Below, in pieces: positions 11,469 through 24,080 of a stretch of DNA of 64,000 nt. Made by a program: the position numbers and the translations under genes. The DNA comes from Azolla caroliniana (Eukaryota > Plantae > Polypodiophyta), in assembly GCA_043228905.1 (NCBI GenBank), contig JBHGNT010000006.1, forward strand, positions 9,052,001 through 9,116,000, written 5' to 3'. The number at the start of each line of letters is the position of its first letter. The first letter of the stretch is position 1. The notes beneath the pieces are model-generated. The model saw nothing but the letters and a program-made list of their open reading frames with translations. It was not told where the DNA came from and made no database searches.

Positions 11469-12917
11469 ATGGCTGAGGAAACGGCAAAGGCCCAGGCAGC
11501 TACGACAGTGGGAGGATCCCGTGAATCACTTCCCGATTTTCAACCTGTTGCGGGGCTGATGGTTGAGCTTCAGCTATCAGAGCAAGAACAAGTACAAATG
11601 AGAGAAGAGATCTACCGTTTGCAACAAATTTCTTTAATTATACAAGTTTTAGGTCTTCGGCCAAATCGTCAAGAGTTGAGGCACTTGCTACAGGCTCGAT
11701 TACAGGCTGAAATTGGACGTATTGAAGATGTGCAATTTTTAGGAAGAGGCTATTATCATGTCGAGTTTCAAGACGAGGCATCTGTCCAGGTATTACTTGC
11801 AATGAAATTTGTTGATATAAGAGGAGCATGGGTTAAATTTCAGGAATGGAAACATGGTTTTGATCCTATGAGAGAGACCCAACATGATTTTTTAGTTATA
11901 ACTGCGAGTTTTCCGGGATTGCCTAAGGAATGTCATCATCTGTTGCATCAGTTAGGGGCTTTAATTGGAGTTGTATTAGATGCTTATATACATAATAAAG
12001 ATGGGAAAATATTTGGAATACCAACAGTTAAGTTATTATGTACTAGAGGAAAACCGTTGCCGGAATATGTGAAATTACCATGTTTGGAAATTGGGGGATG
12101 TGGAAAGAGACAAAAAATTTTATATGCCGGGTTACCAAATCAATGTTTTGTATGTAGAAGAATGGGACATTTAGCTAAGGAATGTTCCTTGTCAAGAAAG
12201 GAGCCAAGACATGTTGTAAATGATGTGCCACAAACAAGTGTTGGCGGCACTTGGGTTCAAGTTGCCAAAAGACACATGATAAAAAAAACAAGTCAAGATA
12301 AAATCAAATGGAAACCTAAGGATAATATATACAATTTGTTAACCAACGTAGAAGACGGACAAACACAAATGATTGAAGATGTAGGAAATATGGATGTACC
12401 TAGTAATAGGCGTCCTGGCAAGGAGATTGTGGATGGAATACAATCAAGGCCAGATGATCCTAAACTTGACATTCAAGTATATAATAAAGAACATCATGAA
12501 GGATGTAGTCATGAAATGGTTTTATATGATGAGAATGCTATTGTTCAGATTAGTGCATCAGAAACAATGGATGGACAAGAGATTGTAGGAGAATTACAAA
12601 ATAAAAATCAGATAGTTGACATTGGGTTCTTGCCTTCTTTTGAAGGGAGGTGGACAAGATCCATGTCCAAGAATTTGTCAAAGGATCATAATCCTTTCAT
12701 GAGGGATGCTAATGATTGGAGAACTTTCACGAAATCATTAGTTGAACATTTTCAAGGAAGTGATAGTAGGATTTCCTCTCAAAGAGTACATAAGCAGACT
12801 AATGCATTTAGTAAAGATCACATCTCTTTTAGAAGAATGATTAAGTCTCAAGACATGTCTCAAGAAGATAGGAATCGATGTTTGAAAGAAAGAAGATTAT
12901 TATCTAAATTTGTGTAA
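11469..12917 (+). CDS. L1 ORF1p (RRM/DUF4283-like region + CCHC zinc knuckle, 482 aa)
   Basis: Intact ORF with FLGRGYYHVEF RRM-like block and CFVCRRMGHLAKEC (CX2CX4HX4C). Confidence 0.88.
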   Translation: MAEETAKAQAATTVGGSRESLPDFQPVAGLMVELQLSEQEQVQMREEIYRLQQISLIIQVLGLRPNRQELRHLLQARLQAEIGRIEDVQFLGRGYYHVEFQDEASVQVLLAMKFVDIRGAWVKFQEWKHGFDPMRETQHDFLVITASFPGLPKECHHLLHQLGALIGVVLDAYIHNKDGKIFGIPTVKLLCTRGKPLPEYVKLPCLEIGGCGKRQKILYAGLPNQCFVCRRMGHLAKECSLSRKEPRHVVNDVPQTSVGGTWVQVAKRHMIKKTSQDKIKWKPKDNIYNLLTNVEDGQTQMIEDVGNMDVPSNRRPGKEIVDGIQSRPDDPKLDIQVYNKEHHEGCSHEMVLYDENAIVQISASETMDGQEIVGELQNKNQIVDIGFLPSFEGRWTRSMSKNLSKDHNPFMRDANDWRTFTKSLVEHFQGSDSRISSQRVHKQTNAFSKDHISFRRMIKSQDMSQEDRNRCLKERRLLSKFV

Positions 12918-12919
12918 AT

Positions 12920-15900
12920 ATGAAGATTATTTCTTGGAATGTTCAAGGTCTTGGGGGATCTTTATGTAAACAATATAAAAGGAGATTTCGGCAAGAGCTA
13001 CATAAATGTATAATTGGGCAAGTGGACATAGTGATGTTACAAGAACATCACCTAAATGAAAGGCGTACTAAAGTCTATGGTTCATTATTGCCTGGAAAAT
13101 GGGAAATGGTGTGGGTTCCAGCATATGGATCAACACAACTTAAAGGTGGATTATGTATGGCTATTCGGGATATATGGCAAGTAAAGATGTTGGAGGTAGG
13201 AAATTTGTTCTTGGGAAGAGCACAATATGTTATCATGGAATTTCATAATAAAAAGGTTGGCGTTTTGAATTTATATGCTCCTAATTCTTCTAGAGAACGA
13301 TTAAAGATGTGGATTGAATTGGATAGATCATTGCCAACTGTAGATCATTGGTGTATAGCAGGAGACTTTAATATGATTGAGGACCCTGAGGATAGGAGTG
13401 GTGAGGGTGGAGTAACAGTGCATGGTCTAGAATTATCTGCATGGGAAAGATTTACTATAAGTAGAAGGTTGGTGGATGTTTGGCATTTACCATCATTTGG
13501 AAAACTACATAATTCGTTACGGTTTTCTAGATCTGATAGAAGAGTAAACGGGGCAAACCTGTCAAGAATTGATAGGATTTATGTTGATGATTTATTTGCG
13601 GAGATAGGAGGGAGTGTTGGCATTTATCCAGGTACGACTTTCTCCGATCATGCCCCAGTTGTATTACAACTTAAGGTTGGGAAAAAACATAAGCAGCAAG
13701 GGAGAATAAGAATTCCACCAGAATTGTTTACAAAGTCTATAATTACTGAACAAGTTATGTATATATGGAGACAAACTTTATTGCAAATTGGAAATGTGGA
13801 AGACAATGTGACCTTGGCAATATCTCATATTAGTAGTTTTTTAATCTCTTGGGTACAGGGGAAAAAGGAAACATATACACAGAAAATTAATAGTATGCAT
13901 CGTGCCTTGGCATCGTTGCAACATTTTCAAGAAAGGGATCCATTGTGTGAATGGACAGCAAATGCTTTACATAATGCGAAATGGGAATTAAGAAAGATTG
14001 AGGACAACATTTTAAACTTTCAATATCAAGCTTCCGCTTCAAAATGGACACAAGTAGGTGACAAAGTAAACAAGATGTTTTTTTCCCAAGTTGCACCGAA
14101 ATGGTCGACAATAGGAATTAAACAATTAAGGAGGGAAGATGGCTCCTTAACAGTAGATGAGTCAGAAATTGTACAAATTGCTACTACGTACTATGCTAAA
14201 TTGTTGAATGCTGATGTGGCTACAGAATCTGTCCACATAAGTAGGAAACGGGTGTGGGATCAAATTAAGCCAAAAGTTACAAATGTAATGAAGGTTGCAT
14301 TAGTTAAGCCCTTTGACATTATGGAAATACATAATGCACTTAGAGCTTTAAGTCTTATGTCTTGTCCAGGGGAGGATGGAATTACTCCACATTTTTTCCT
14401 CAATTATTGGGAATATATTGGGGAAGATTTAACAAAAGCTTATCAAAGAATTTTTGACACTGGGTATATGCCTCGTAGTATGGCAGTTGGTTTGATTTAT
14501 TTAATACCTAAGGGTGAAGGTATATCAGATGATATTAGAAAATGGAGACCAATAACTTTGTTAAATACAATATCTTTGCAAAAACATTGGCTTTGAGAGT
14601 GCAACCTTTTTTGCATGATTTGATTCATATCACCCAAACAGGTTTTATTCAGGAAAGAAGTATACTGGATAATTTGTTCTTTTTTTGGGAAGCCATTGCC
14701 TTGGCTAGGAAGAAAAAAGAGAATTTAGTGATTTTGTTACTTGACTTTGAAAAAGCATATGATCGTGTTGATTGGGAATTCCTTCAGGGTACTCTTGTAA
14801 GATTGGGTTTTCCGGAGAAATGGGTGATAGGAGTGTCTTCTTTGTATAATTCAGCATGCAGTTCTGTTTTGGCTGGAGGGGTTAAAGGTGATGAGTTTCA
14901 AATTTCCCGAAGTGTAAGACAAGGCTGTCCACTTGCACCATATCTATTTCTGTTTTTTGCTGAAGCAATGAGTTTGTTTTTGACTGCTGAAGATGTTGGA
15001 TTAAAAGGAATAGCAATGCCCATTGATGGGACAAATGTGGTTGATGTAGAATTTGCTGATGACACAAGTTTGTATCTGGATTGTCACAATAATAATCTGC
15101 AGAAAATGTACACAGCAATGCAAACATTTTGTATAGCTGCAGGTGCATCAATTAATTGGAATAAATCAGTGGGTTTTTGGGTGTCGTCCGATTCCATAAC
15201 TCCACAATGGAGTCCTCATCCAGATTTCAGATGGGTTCCCGAGGGCACTTCAGTTAGATATTTGGGATGTCAAGTAGGGTTGAATATTTCTTCAGAAATT
15301 CAGGTTGCTTCTTTGTTATTGAAAATTAGGAAAAAACTTATGTTTTGGAGTAAAGCTAAACTATCATTTGCGGGTAGAGTGATAGTCGTTAATCATGTTT
15401 TGTTGTCTAGTCTCTGGTATATTATGTCATGTTGGAGTTTTTCGAGATCATGTATGGGACAATTGCAAAGATTGATTCGAAATTATTTGTGGTCTGGTAA
15501 TGATGGAAGCCATGCTAGGGCAAAAGTCTCTTGGTCCACAATTGTTAAGCCATTGGATCAAGGAGGATTAGGGATTGTGGATCCATTACAACAATCGAAA
15601 GCTTTAATGGCAAAATTGGTGATTCGAGGATTATTGCCAGGATCGGAACCTTGGAAACAATTGTTGTTTTATGAATTGCAAAGGTTTTGTCCCAAGACGG
15701 GTGGAGATTGGACGCCTAGTGCTAGATGGGCTTTTATGGAACATAATAAATTGGCTATTGCTACAAGTTGGGAAGATAGATTTGGTCGATGTGTTCTTAA
15801 AGCATGGAAAGATATTTCTCGTGATTTAGTTAAGACATTGCCAAAAACAGAATCTGAATTCTGTAGGCAACCGCTGATTTGGAATTCATGGTTGACTGAC

Positions 15901-17253
15901 CTAAGAGGACAAATGTTGGGAAAGCGTACTAAATGTGCATGGGCAGAATTAGATCGTGGGCCAGCACAGTCTATAGGTGCATGGATAACTTTTTTGTCTA
16001 AATCTATAGATCAACAAATGCTATTAATTAGTAATATAAGGGGTGGGAAGATAATGTATTCTGCGATCCAGAATGCCCTTGTTAATGTTCAAATGCAAAT
16101 TGGATATACTACACACAAGTGGATGGGTTTATTTACTCCATTGGATGTTTTAATTGGAGTGAAAGCCTATATTGGGGAACAAGAATGCATGACTTTTGAT
16201 GTACAGGATGATGGTAGGTTAATCTGTACATCTATGGAACATGATTTGTTTAGTTTTTGTTTACATAAAGAAGTGAGGGTGATTGCAAATGATGGATCAA
16301 ATTGGGTATTAGACCCGGATCCTCAAAAGGTGAATTGTTTGTGGAGGATTTGGATTTTGGAAAGGAGATCAATATCTACACTAACTTGGGATCCTGGAGA
16401 ACTGTATTGGAAGGTGAGGATGCAAGATAACATCAAATATGTGCCGTTTTTTCAGTATTCTGTGAGGATTGGTAGGAAAGTATTAGCTGCTAGATCATGG
16501 AAAGAATCAACTGCAAATATTGTTTGGAGACGAAATGAACTTTCTCCACAACATCTTAAACAATTTTGGAAATGGTTATGGGGTATAAAGATGAGTAGGA
16601 AAATTGTTGGTTTTCGATGGTTATTGGTTCATAATGCTATACCAGTTAATGGGTGGCGAAAAGGAAATGTAGACAAGATGTGTCCTTTTTGTACAGATGT
16701 AATAGAGACTGCTAAACATTGTTTGTGGAGTTGTGGTTTTGCTATGGATATATGGAAACAAATTATAAAATTTTTAATTCCAATATATCCTAGAGCAGTG
16801 TACACATGGGGTGCAGTATTATGGGCAGCGGTACATGATAAACCGATGGAATATGAACATGAGGAGGTTGCGGATGCTATTATGGTGAGGCATGGTATGA
16901 TGGAAAAAATTTTGATCCGTCCGAATCCACAAATACAAAATGATAAACCTCAAATATGGCAATTGGTAAGCAGTATTACAATTTGGTATATTTGGAAGGC
17001 TCGATGTTTGAAGGTATTTCAAAATATGACTGAAAGACCTGCTCAAATAATCTCCGGAATTTGGATAGAGATTGTACATAATCTTAGAGGGATTTTGGAT
17101 GGTATAAAAGGTAATACGCATCAAGCGGAGCTTAGGCGAGTGGAGTTTCATGCCATTTGGGACATAGGTATATTTTATAGACGGTATTTTGGTAAGGTGG
17201 AGTGGTTCTACTCAACACCAAAGTGTTTATTCAAGCCAATGGTTAGACTTTAG
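12920..17253 (+). pseudogene. L1 ORF2p (APE + RT + zf-RVT) with a single frameshift near 14570
   Basis: SWNVQG, LQEHH, GDFN, RIDR, SDH (APE); WRPITLLN, DFEKAYDRV, VRQGCPLAP, FADD (RT); CPFC..ETAKHCLWSC. Frame switch at LNTI/YNIFAK is consistent with a small deletion. Confidence 0.92.
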
Positions 17254-18100
17254 AAAAATATAGGGGATCGGTATAGCTTGTATGTTTAGCCTTATGGCGG
17301 TTTTCTAATACTAATGTAGTATCTTTTTTTGGAAAAAAAAAAATTATAAAATTCCTTCATTAGACTTTGAAATCCAATACTCCCAAGTGGCACCCCCATT
17401 AGGATACATGCACATTGTTCGTTACATCTTGGACAATAAAGGGAGGGCCTCATTGAACTAAATTTGGTAAATCAAGAATTATCATGAGGGACCAATATGT
17501 TAACTAAAGGAAAACTATCACTAAAAGTGGTTCCCGAGTTTTGGTTGGTAGGAATCTATGCACCCAATAATGCTAATCAACGCATTGAGTTATCGTCTTT
17601 AATGGTCGTGCTAGTTTGTTAATGGGTGATTTTAATATGTGTGTTGATGGTTCACAATCTACTTCACGATTCTCATTGAAGGATTCTCTTGAGAAAGAAG
17701 TATGAGACAAATTAGCATAAGAGGTTTTGAAGTTGGATGTATAGAAATGGTTGCATCAAGATGAGGTTGGGTTTACATTTCGGTCTATGGAGTATAAGGA
17801 AACATGGAGTAGGTTAGATAGAATGTATGTTATGCACAATGAGTCATTTTTGCCAGAGATGCTTAATATGTCAATTATGCAAGAGGTTGTGACATCGGAT
17901 CATTTTCCCATATGTTTTGAGTTTAATAAACATGGGGTAGATATGTACAAAACATTGCTTGATCAAGTTCCTTTGAGGTTTAATTCCTCTTTATTATTAC
18001 ATTCCTTATTTGATGCCTATATGCAACAAATTTTTGGCATGTTTTTAAAACAAGTTATTTCAAAAGGATGGCATGCATGGGATACAATACTACAAAACGT

Positions 18101-18542
18101 CAATGATGTTCATCATATGTATGTTATGACTAATGCTAAAAGACGTAAGAAATTGATTGATAAGTTTTTACATATTCTTATGCGATGCAATGTACTATTG
18201 ATGAATAATCCACATGATTGAAAAGTTCAAGTACATGACATAGTGAAAAAATTGTCTTGTCAAAGTTATCAACAGACAAGACTACATCAATTACGGAGGG
18301 ATTTATGGATAATCAATCACAATGATGTTCATCATATGTATGTTATGACTAATGCTAAAAGACGTAAGAAATTGATTGATAAGTTTTTACATATTCTTAT
18401 GCGATGCAATGTACTATTGATGAATAATCCGCATGATTGAAAAGTTCAAGTACAGGACATTGTGAAAAAATTATCTTGTCAAAGTTATCAACAGACAAGA
18501 CTACATCAATTACGGAGGGATTTATGGATAATCAATCACAAT
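18101..18542 (+). repeat. 219-bp direct tandem duplication inside the old L1
   Basis: caatgatgttcatcatatg...ggataatcaatca at 18101-18319 and 18320-18538, nearly identical, with CAAT microhomology at the junctions. Confidence 0.92.
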
Positions 18543-19932
18543 CTCATATGTTTTTTCAAGGATTAAGACCATCATATGCTCATTCGAATGTGGTACAAAT
18601 TAAGATAGGGGATGACATTGTTGTAGACCCAAACAAGGTTATTGAGTTATGTATTACTCATTTTAAGAATTTGATTAGGCTAGAGTTGATTATTAATGTG
18701 GATATGTTGAAAGCACGACAAGAGTTTTATAATGTAATTGGTTGTGTCATGAATACAAATATTTGTTAAGAACTGAATGTTAATTTTGAAGAAGCTGAGG
18801 TGGAAAAGGTATTATTACACCTTCCGAATGGTAAAAGCCTTGGTTGGGATGGTATTACAAATGAAGTTTTTAAGAAGTATGATGTCATGCTTAAGAGTCC
18901 ATTCACACAAATGTTTCAACAATGTTGGGATTCTGGTTTCATGCCCGAGACCTGGAAGGTGGGCTTAATCAAATTGATACAAAATCCCCGAAGTCATTTC
19001 ATTAATGGAGGCCTATTTCATTGATGGGAGGGTTGTACAAATTGTTTGCAAAGATATTATCCAACAGACTTAAGAAATTCTTACCTCAATTTATTCATCC
19101 ATCTCAATATAGTTTTATTGCAGGTAGAAATATATTGCATAATGTTTTGAAGGTTCAAATGGCTACTAATTATGGTCGTCATACCCATCAAGAAATGGTT
19201 ATGATGCAATTAGATTTGGAAAAAGCATATGATCATGTTAATTGGTCTTTTCTCTCAAGGGTGATGTATAATATAGGGTTTGGTCCTTGTATGTGTCGAC
19301 TTATCTTTTTGCTAGGGCAAAATGCAACCTCTCGTGTGATGCTTAATGGCGGAGTTACTCCGAAAGTGTTTCTTACTAGATTCGTGTGGCAAGGATGTCC
19401 ACTAAGCCCATTGTTATTTGCTATTGTTACACATCCTTTGTTAGTAATGTTGTCAAATCTTGCGGCTAGTGGTGATATTGTGGGTTTGCATCTTCCTTCT
19501 GGTGGACAACTGGTGGCACAAGCATTGGTTGACGATTCTTTTATGTATTTACAAGCCTCAAAAGAAAAACTTGAAAGGAGTATGCAAGTTTGGGATCGAT
19601 TTTCTTTGGCTTCAGGGTTGTATTTAAATTGGAGGAAGTCTCGCCTTATTTCTTGTACGGAGAGTGATTTGGAATGTTTGGGATGGCAAGGGTCAATGAT
19701 TACATGAGGATCAATTTATCGACATTTGGGTTATCCATTGAGTGTTGATGTTGCAAATGTTCAATTGATTGATTGGATTGGTAGTAAATTGAAGGACAAA
19801 TTTATGTATTGGACGCCTCAATTATGACCCTTTCATGTACGACTCAAAGTGGCACGATGTATCTTGATACCCTGTTAATTTATTTTTTACCATTACTACC
19901 TTGGACTAAGAAGGCATTACAAAACATGTTAC

Positions 19933-22617
19933 TGTCACAGACACACAAAGCGCGGACTAGGACGGAGCACAGATGATGGGGCTACGAGCAACGGATGAAC
20001 TTGGAGCTAGATGTGACGAGGCTAGGAACTCTAGATGTTGTGAGCGACATGAGGGCATGAAGAGAAAAATCAAGATCAAGGAGACAAAGATGAGGCGAAA
20101 CGAGAATACTAGATTGATGTGTCAATGATTGGCGTTGAATCCCTTGAAAGGGACCAAGAAGGTTATGAGTATTTATACTCTAAGTTGAAGTACATGCATT
20201 AAAATATTTTGAAGAATATTCTAGAACCTTCTAGAACATTGAAACTTTCTAGAAATTTCTAGATGTCTAGAGAGTATATCTAGATCATGTACATCTTATA
20301 CAATGATATGTAGATCAAATATATCTTATACAATGCTCGTATGAAAATGGTTGGGCATGATGTATTGTTGATGTGAGGTTGTAAGTTCAATCCTCACCAA
20401 CTATATATTTTATTTCATTGTATCGTGACATTATCCTCCCCTTTACGACCACCTTTTTGAAAGTGTAGTGTAGGGGTGAGCGGAGACTAGAACACCAACC
20501 GGCATGAGTGACCATGTGCGGTTCTCACCGGAGACTGGAACACCAATGGGCGTGAGTGACCATGTGCGGTCCTCATCGGGAAGTGGAACACCAATGGATG
20601 TGAGCGACCATGTGCGGTCCTCACCGAAGACAGGAACACCAACGGATGTGAGCTACCATGTACGGTCCTCACTAGGAACTAGAACTCCAATGAGCGTGAG
20701 TGACCACGTGCGGTCCTCACCGGAGACACGAACACCAACGGACATGAGTGACCATGTGCAGTCCTCACCGGGCACTGGAACACCAACAAGCATGAGAGAT
20801 CATGTACGGTCCTCACTGGGAACGCGAACACCAACGGGTGTGAGAGACCATGTACGATCCTCACCGGGAACTGGAACACCAACGGACGTGCGCGACCATG
20901 TGCGGTCCTCACTAGGAACTGGAACACCAACGGACGTGAGCGACCATGTACGGTCTTCACGGGGAATTGGAACACCAACGGGTGTGAGCAACCATGTACG
21001 GTCCTCACCGGAGACATGAACACCAATGGGCATGAGCGACCATGTGTGGTCCTCATCGGGAACTCGAACGTGAGCGACCATGTGCGGTCGTCATTGAAAA
21101 CACGAACATGCATGAGCGACCATGCCACCCTCACCGATAACTGGAACACAAACGGACGTGAGTGACCATGCAACCCTCACCGAGAACTAAACACGAACGA
21201 GCTTGAGCAACCATGCGGCCCTCACCGAGAACCAGGCCACAAACGGACGTGAGTGACCATGTGTGGCCCTCATTGGGAACTGGAATGCGAGTGACCATGT
21301 GCGGTCCTCATCGAAAACACGAACATCATGCAACCCTCACCGAGAACTGGAACACGAACAGACGTGAGCGACCATGCGGCCCTCATCGAGAACTGAACAC
21401 GAACGGGTGTGAGCGACCATGCGGCCCTCACCTAGAACTGGAACACGAACAAATGTGAGCGACCATGCAGTCCTCACCGAGAACTGGAACACAAACGGAC
21501 GTGAGAGACCATGTGGCCCTCACCAAGAACTGAATTGAACGGACGTGAGCGACCATGCGGCCCTCACCGAGAATTGAAACAACAACAGGCGAAGGAGTGC
21601 AAGTGAAGCAATCGACTTGACTTCTTCTATTATGAGAGGGTAAATAGTTGAGGTTGACCCAAGACACGACACAAACGGTAGCGCTAGCGAGAAACCCATG
21701 CAATTCCCACCAGGAAAGTGAGCGGGTGTGACCCCCACCAAAACTAGAAGGTGAGTGATCGAAATCGGTCCTCGCCAACAGAAAGTGGCACGAGACTTGA
21801 ACTATAACGAAAATGTAGTGCAAGTGAGCAATGATCCGATCCCACAAGGAAAGTGAGCGGTTGTGACCCCCATTGGAATTGGGAAGGTGAGTGATCGAAA
21901 GCACTCCTCACCAAAACCGTGATGCAAAATGATAACTAAAAATGATGACAAATAGTGTTGATGATGACGATGGTTGGGCGAAGAGGTGCTGAAAATGATG
22001 ACGTCAAAGACAAGGATGTTGATGATGGTAACTCCGGAAGCAAGGATGGTGATGATGGTAACTCTAGAAGCAAAGACGATGACGAAGACGAGTGGTGCTT
22101 CTAGTTGGAAGGGATTCAAACTGTCACGGACACACCAAGCGCGGACTAGGACGGAGCACAGATGATGGGGCTACGAGCGACGGATGAACTTGGAGCTAGA
22201 TGTGATGAGGCTGGGAACTTTAGATGTTGTGAGCGACATGAGGGCATGAAGACAGAAATCAAGATCAAGGAGACAAAGATGAGGCGAAACGAGAATACTA
22301 GATTGATGTGTCAATGACTGGCGTTGAATCCCTTGAAAGGGACCAAGAAGGTTACGAGTATTTATACTCTAAGTTGAAGTACATGCATTAGTATTTTGAA
22401 GGATATTCTAGACCCTTCTAGAACATTGGAACTTTCTAGAACTTTCTAGATGCCTAGAGAGTATACCTAGATCATGTACATCTTATACAATGATATGTAG
22501 ATCAAATATATCTTATACAATGCTCATATGAAGATGGTTGGGTATGATGTATTTTTGATGTGAGGTTGTAAGTTCAATCCTCACCAACTATATATTTTAT
22601 GTCATTGTATCGTGACA
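19933..22617 (-). mobile_element. Non-autonomous LTR retroelement (TRIM/LARD-like, chromovirus-related), no gag/pol
   Basis: Two LTRs TGTCAC...GTGACA (19933-20430, 22122-22617, roughly 95% identical by eye); 5-bp TSD GTTAC (19928-19932, 22618-22622); PPT AAAGGGGAGGATAA on the minus strand next to 20430; internal region is tandem repeats. Confidence 0.95.
20488..21575. repeat. ~48-bp tandem array (about 22 units, two sub-types)
   Basis: Unit approximately gaacaccaacggacgtgagcgaccatgtgcggtcctcaccgggaactg; translates as a 16-aa repeat SDHVRSSPGTGTPTDV; later units shift to aacacgaac/gcggccctcaccgagaac. Confidence 0.93.
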
Positions 22618-24021
22618 GTTACAACCTATTTGGTTCATGTTGTGGCAGAAGGGAGAAATGATGGGAGTTACATGGATTTCATGGGACCATTTGGCTACTC
22701 CCAAAAGGTTAGGTGTTGCAGCAATATTGGATTTGGAAATGCATTTGATGGCTCGTAGATTTGCATTATTATGAGATATATGTTAACAAGATCAACGATG
22801 GAGATATATGATGCAATATTTATTGAGCATGAAGGATTGTTGCACGGGAAAACAAAGATTCAAGCTTCCTGATGGTCATTACTCAATGGAAGTATTCCTC
22901 TAAAGATTCGACGTTCTATATGTGGACAACATTTGGTAAGATCATGGTAAGATGCATTATCTCTTTTTGAGTGGGGACCATCAAGCCCCATCAAGTGATC
23001 GAGAATCTTGTATTTCATTACAAAATGAATTGCTTGTTTCTTCTTGAGTGTTGTTTTGGCACGAGAAAGAGAAGTTGAGATCTCAATTCAATCGTTTATT
23101 TCGATTGGGGATTGTACATTTGGGAGATGTGGTTGATAATGAATCTCAAAGGTTGTCGGAATTTAAAGATGCCAAGAGATGATTATGTATCCCCCCAAAT
23201 TATGGATTTATTTGGGAGAAATTACATTGTATACAATTGTTGCAAGGATCTTTGCCATTGAAAACAAATGTTGCACCTTGGGTGGAACAAGATGGTACAA
23301 TGCTTGTTACAAGTCACTACAAATATATTGTATCATCACACAATGGCATCATTATCTTGGCTATCTCCTAAAGTAGAGAAGTTGTGGAATGTATTAAGTC
23401 AGATGCAAGGTAGTGGAAAATATTACAACGTGGTCGGCATTCCCATCTACCATTTCGTGCAAAGGTATTCATATGGAGAGCCATGATTGGTGGGCTCCCA
23501 TTAGGTTCGGCCTTAAAGAGATGAGGACTAGGGTCTGGCACTTGTTTCTTTTGCAATATTCCATTGGAGGATAGTACACATAGGTTCATTAAATGTCCTA
23601 TAGCGTGTACCATTTGCAAGTACTTATCGTACATTCAGCAAGTTTTAACCCGTTGTTGTTTGAGACCTTAACAATGGGTTTTTTCTCAATATGTTCAAAA
23701 TGGTTCAAATGATGAGATGGAGATATTGTTCCAATTTTTACGTTATTGGGGACTACAACACAATTGGAATATGTGTAATGCTTTCATGTTTGATAATAGA
23801 CATGGGGTAAAAGATAAAGAAGTTGAAAGGTATTCCCATGTGGAATTTTTGGATGTTAGAGCATGTGGGGATCATTTCCTCAAATGCAGATTCAGCTTTT
23901 TTAATGGCATTACATGACGTCCCTCTCCCTACATAGGTATATGATAGGTAGAGGACTCAAGAGACTAAGAAGTTTTATAACTAAGTGGATTCTACATACG
24001 ATTATTATAATTGTGTGCTTT

Positions 24022-24024
<3 letters not shown>

Positions 24025-24077
<53 letters not shown>
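24025..24077 (+). repeat. (GA)n microsatellite followed by two telomere-like GGGTTTA units
   Basis: About 26 GA units, then gggtttagggtttagg. Confidence 0.95.

Positions 24078-24080
<3 letters not shown>

Larger units (their letters stand above)
11263..17339 (+). mobile_element. Full-length L1-clade LINE with poly-A tail and 16-bp target-site duplication
   Basis: TSD AAAATTATAAAATTCC at 11247-11262 and 17340-17355; A-run from 17333; ORF1 and ORF2 separated by 2 nt. Confidence 0.95.
17540..23900 (+). mobile_element. Older, heavily mutated L1-clade LINE (ORF2 remnant) interrupted by an LTR element
   Basis: Fragments VGIYAPN, MGDFNM, SRLDRMY, SDHFP, QLDLEKAYDHVNW, QGCPLSPLLF, and after 22618 CFFCNIPLEDSTHRFIKCP (zf-RVT); many stops and frameshifts. 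Confidence 0.85.

Noticed and set aside
20488-21575. Regular repeat array resembling CRISPR, with repeat ORFs on both strands
   Set aside because: Units are contiguous degenerate tandem copies with no unique spacers and no cas genes; the open frames follow from the 48-bp period and high GC.
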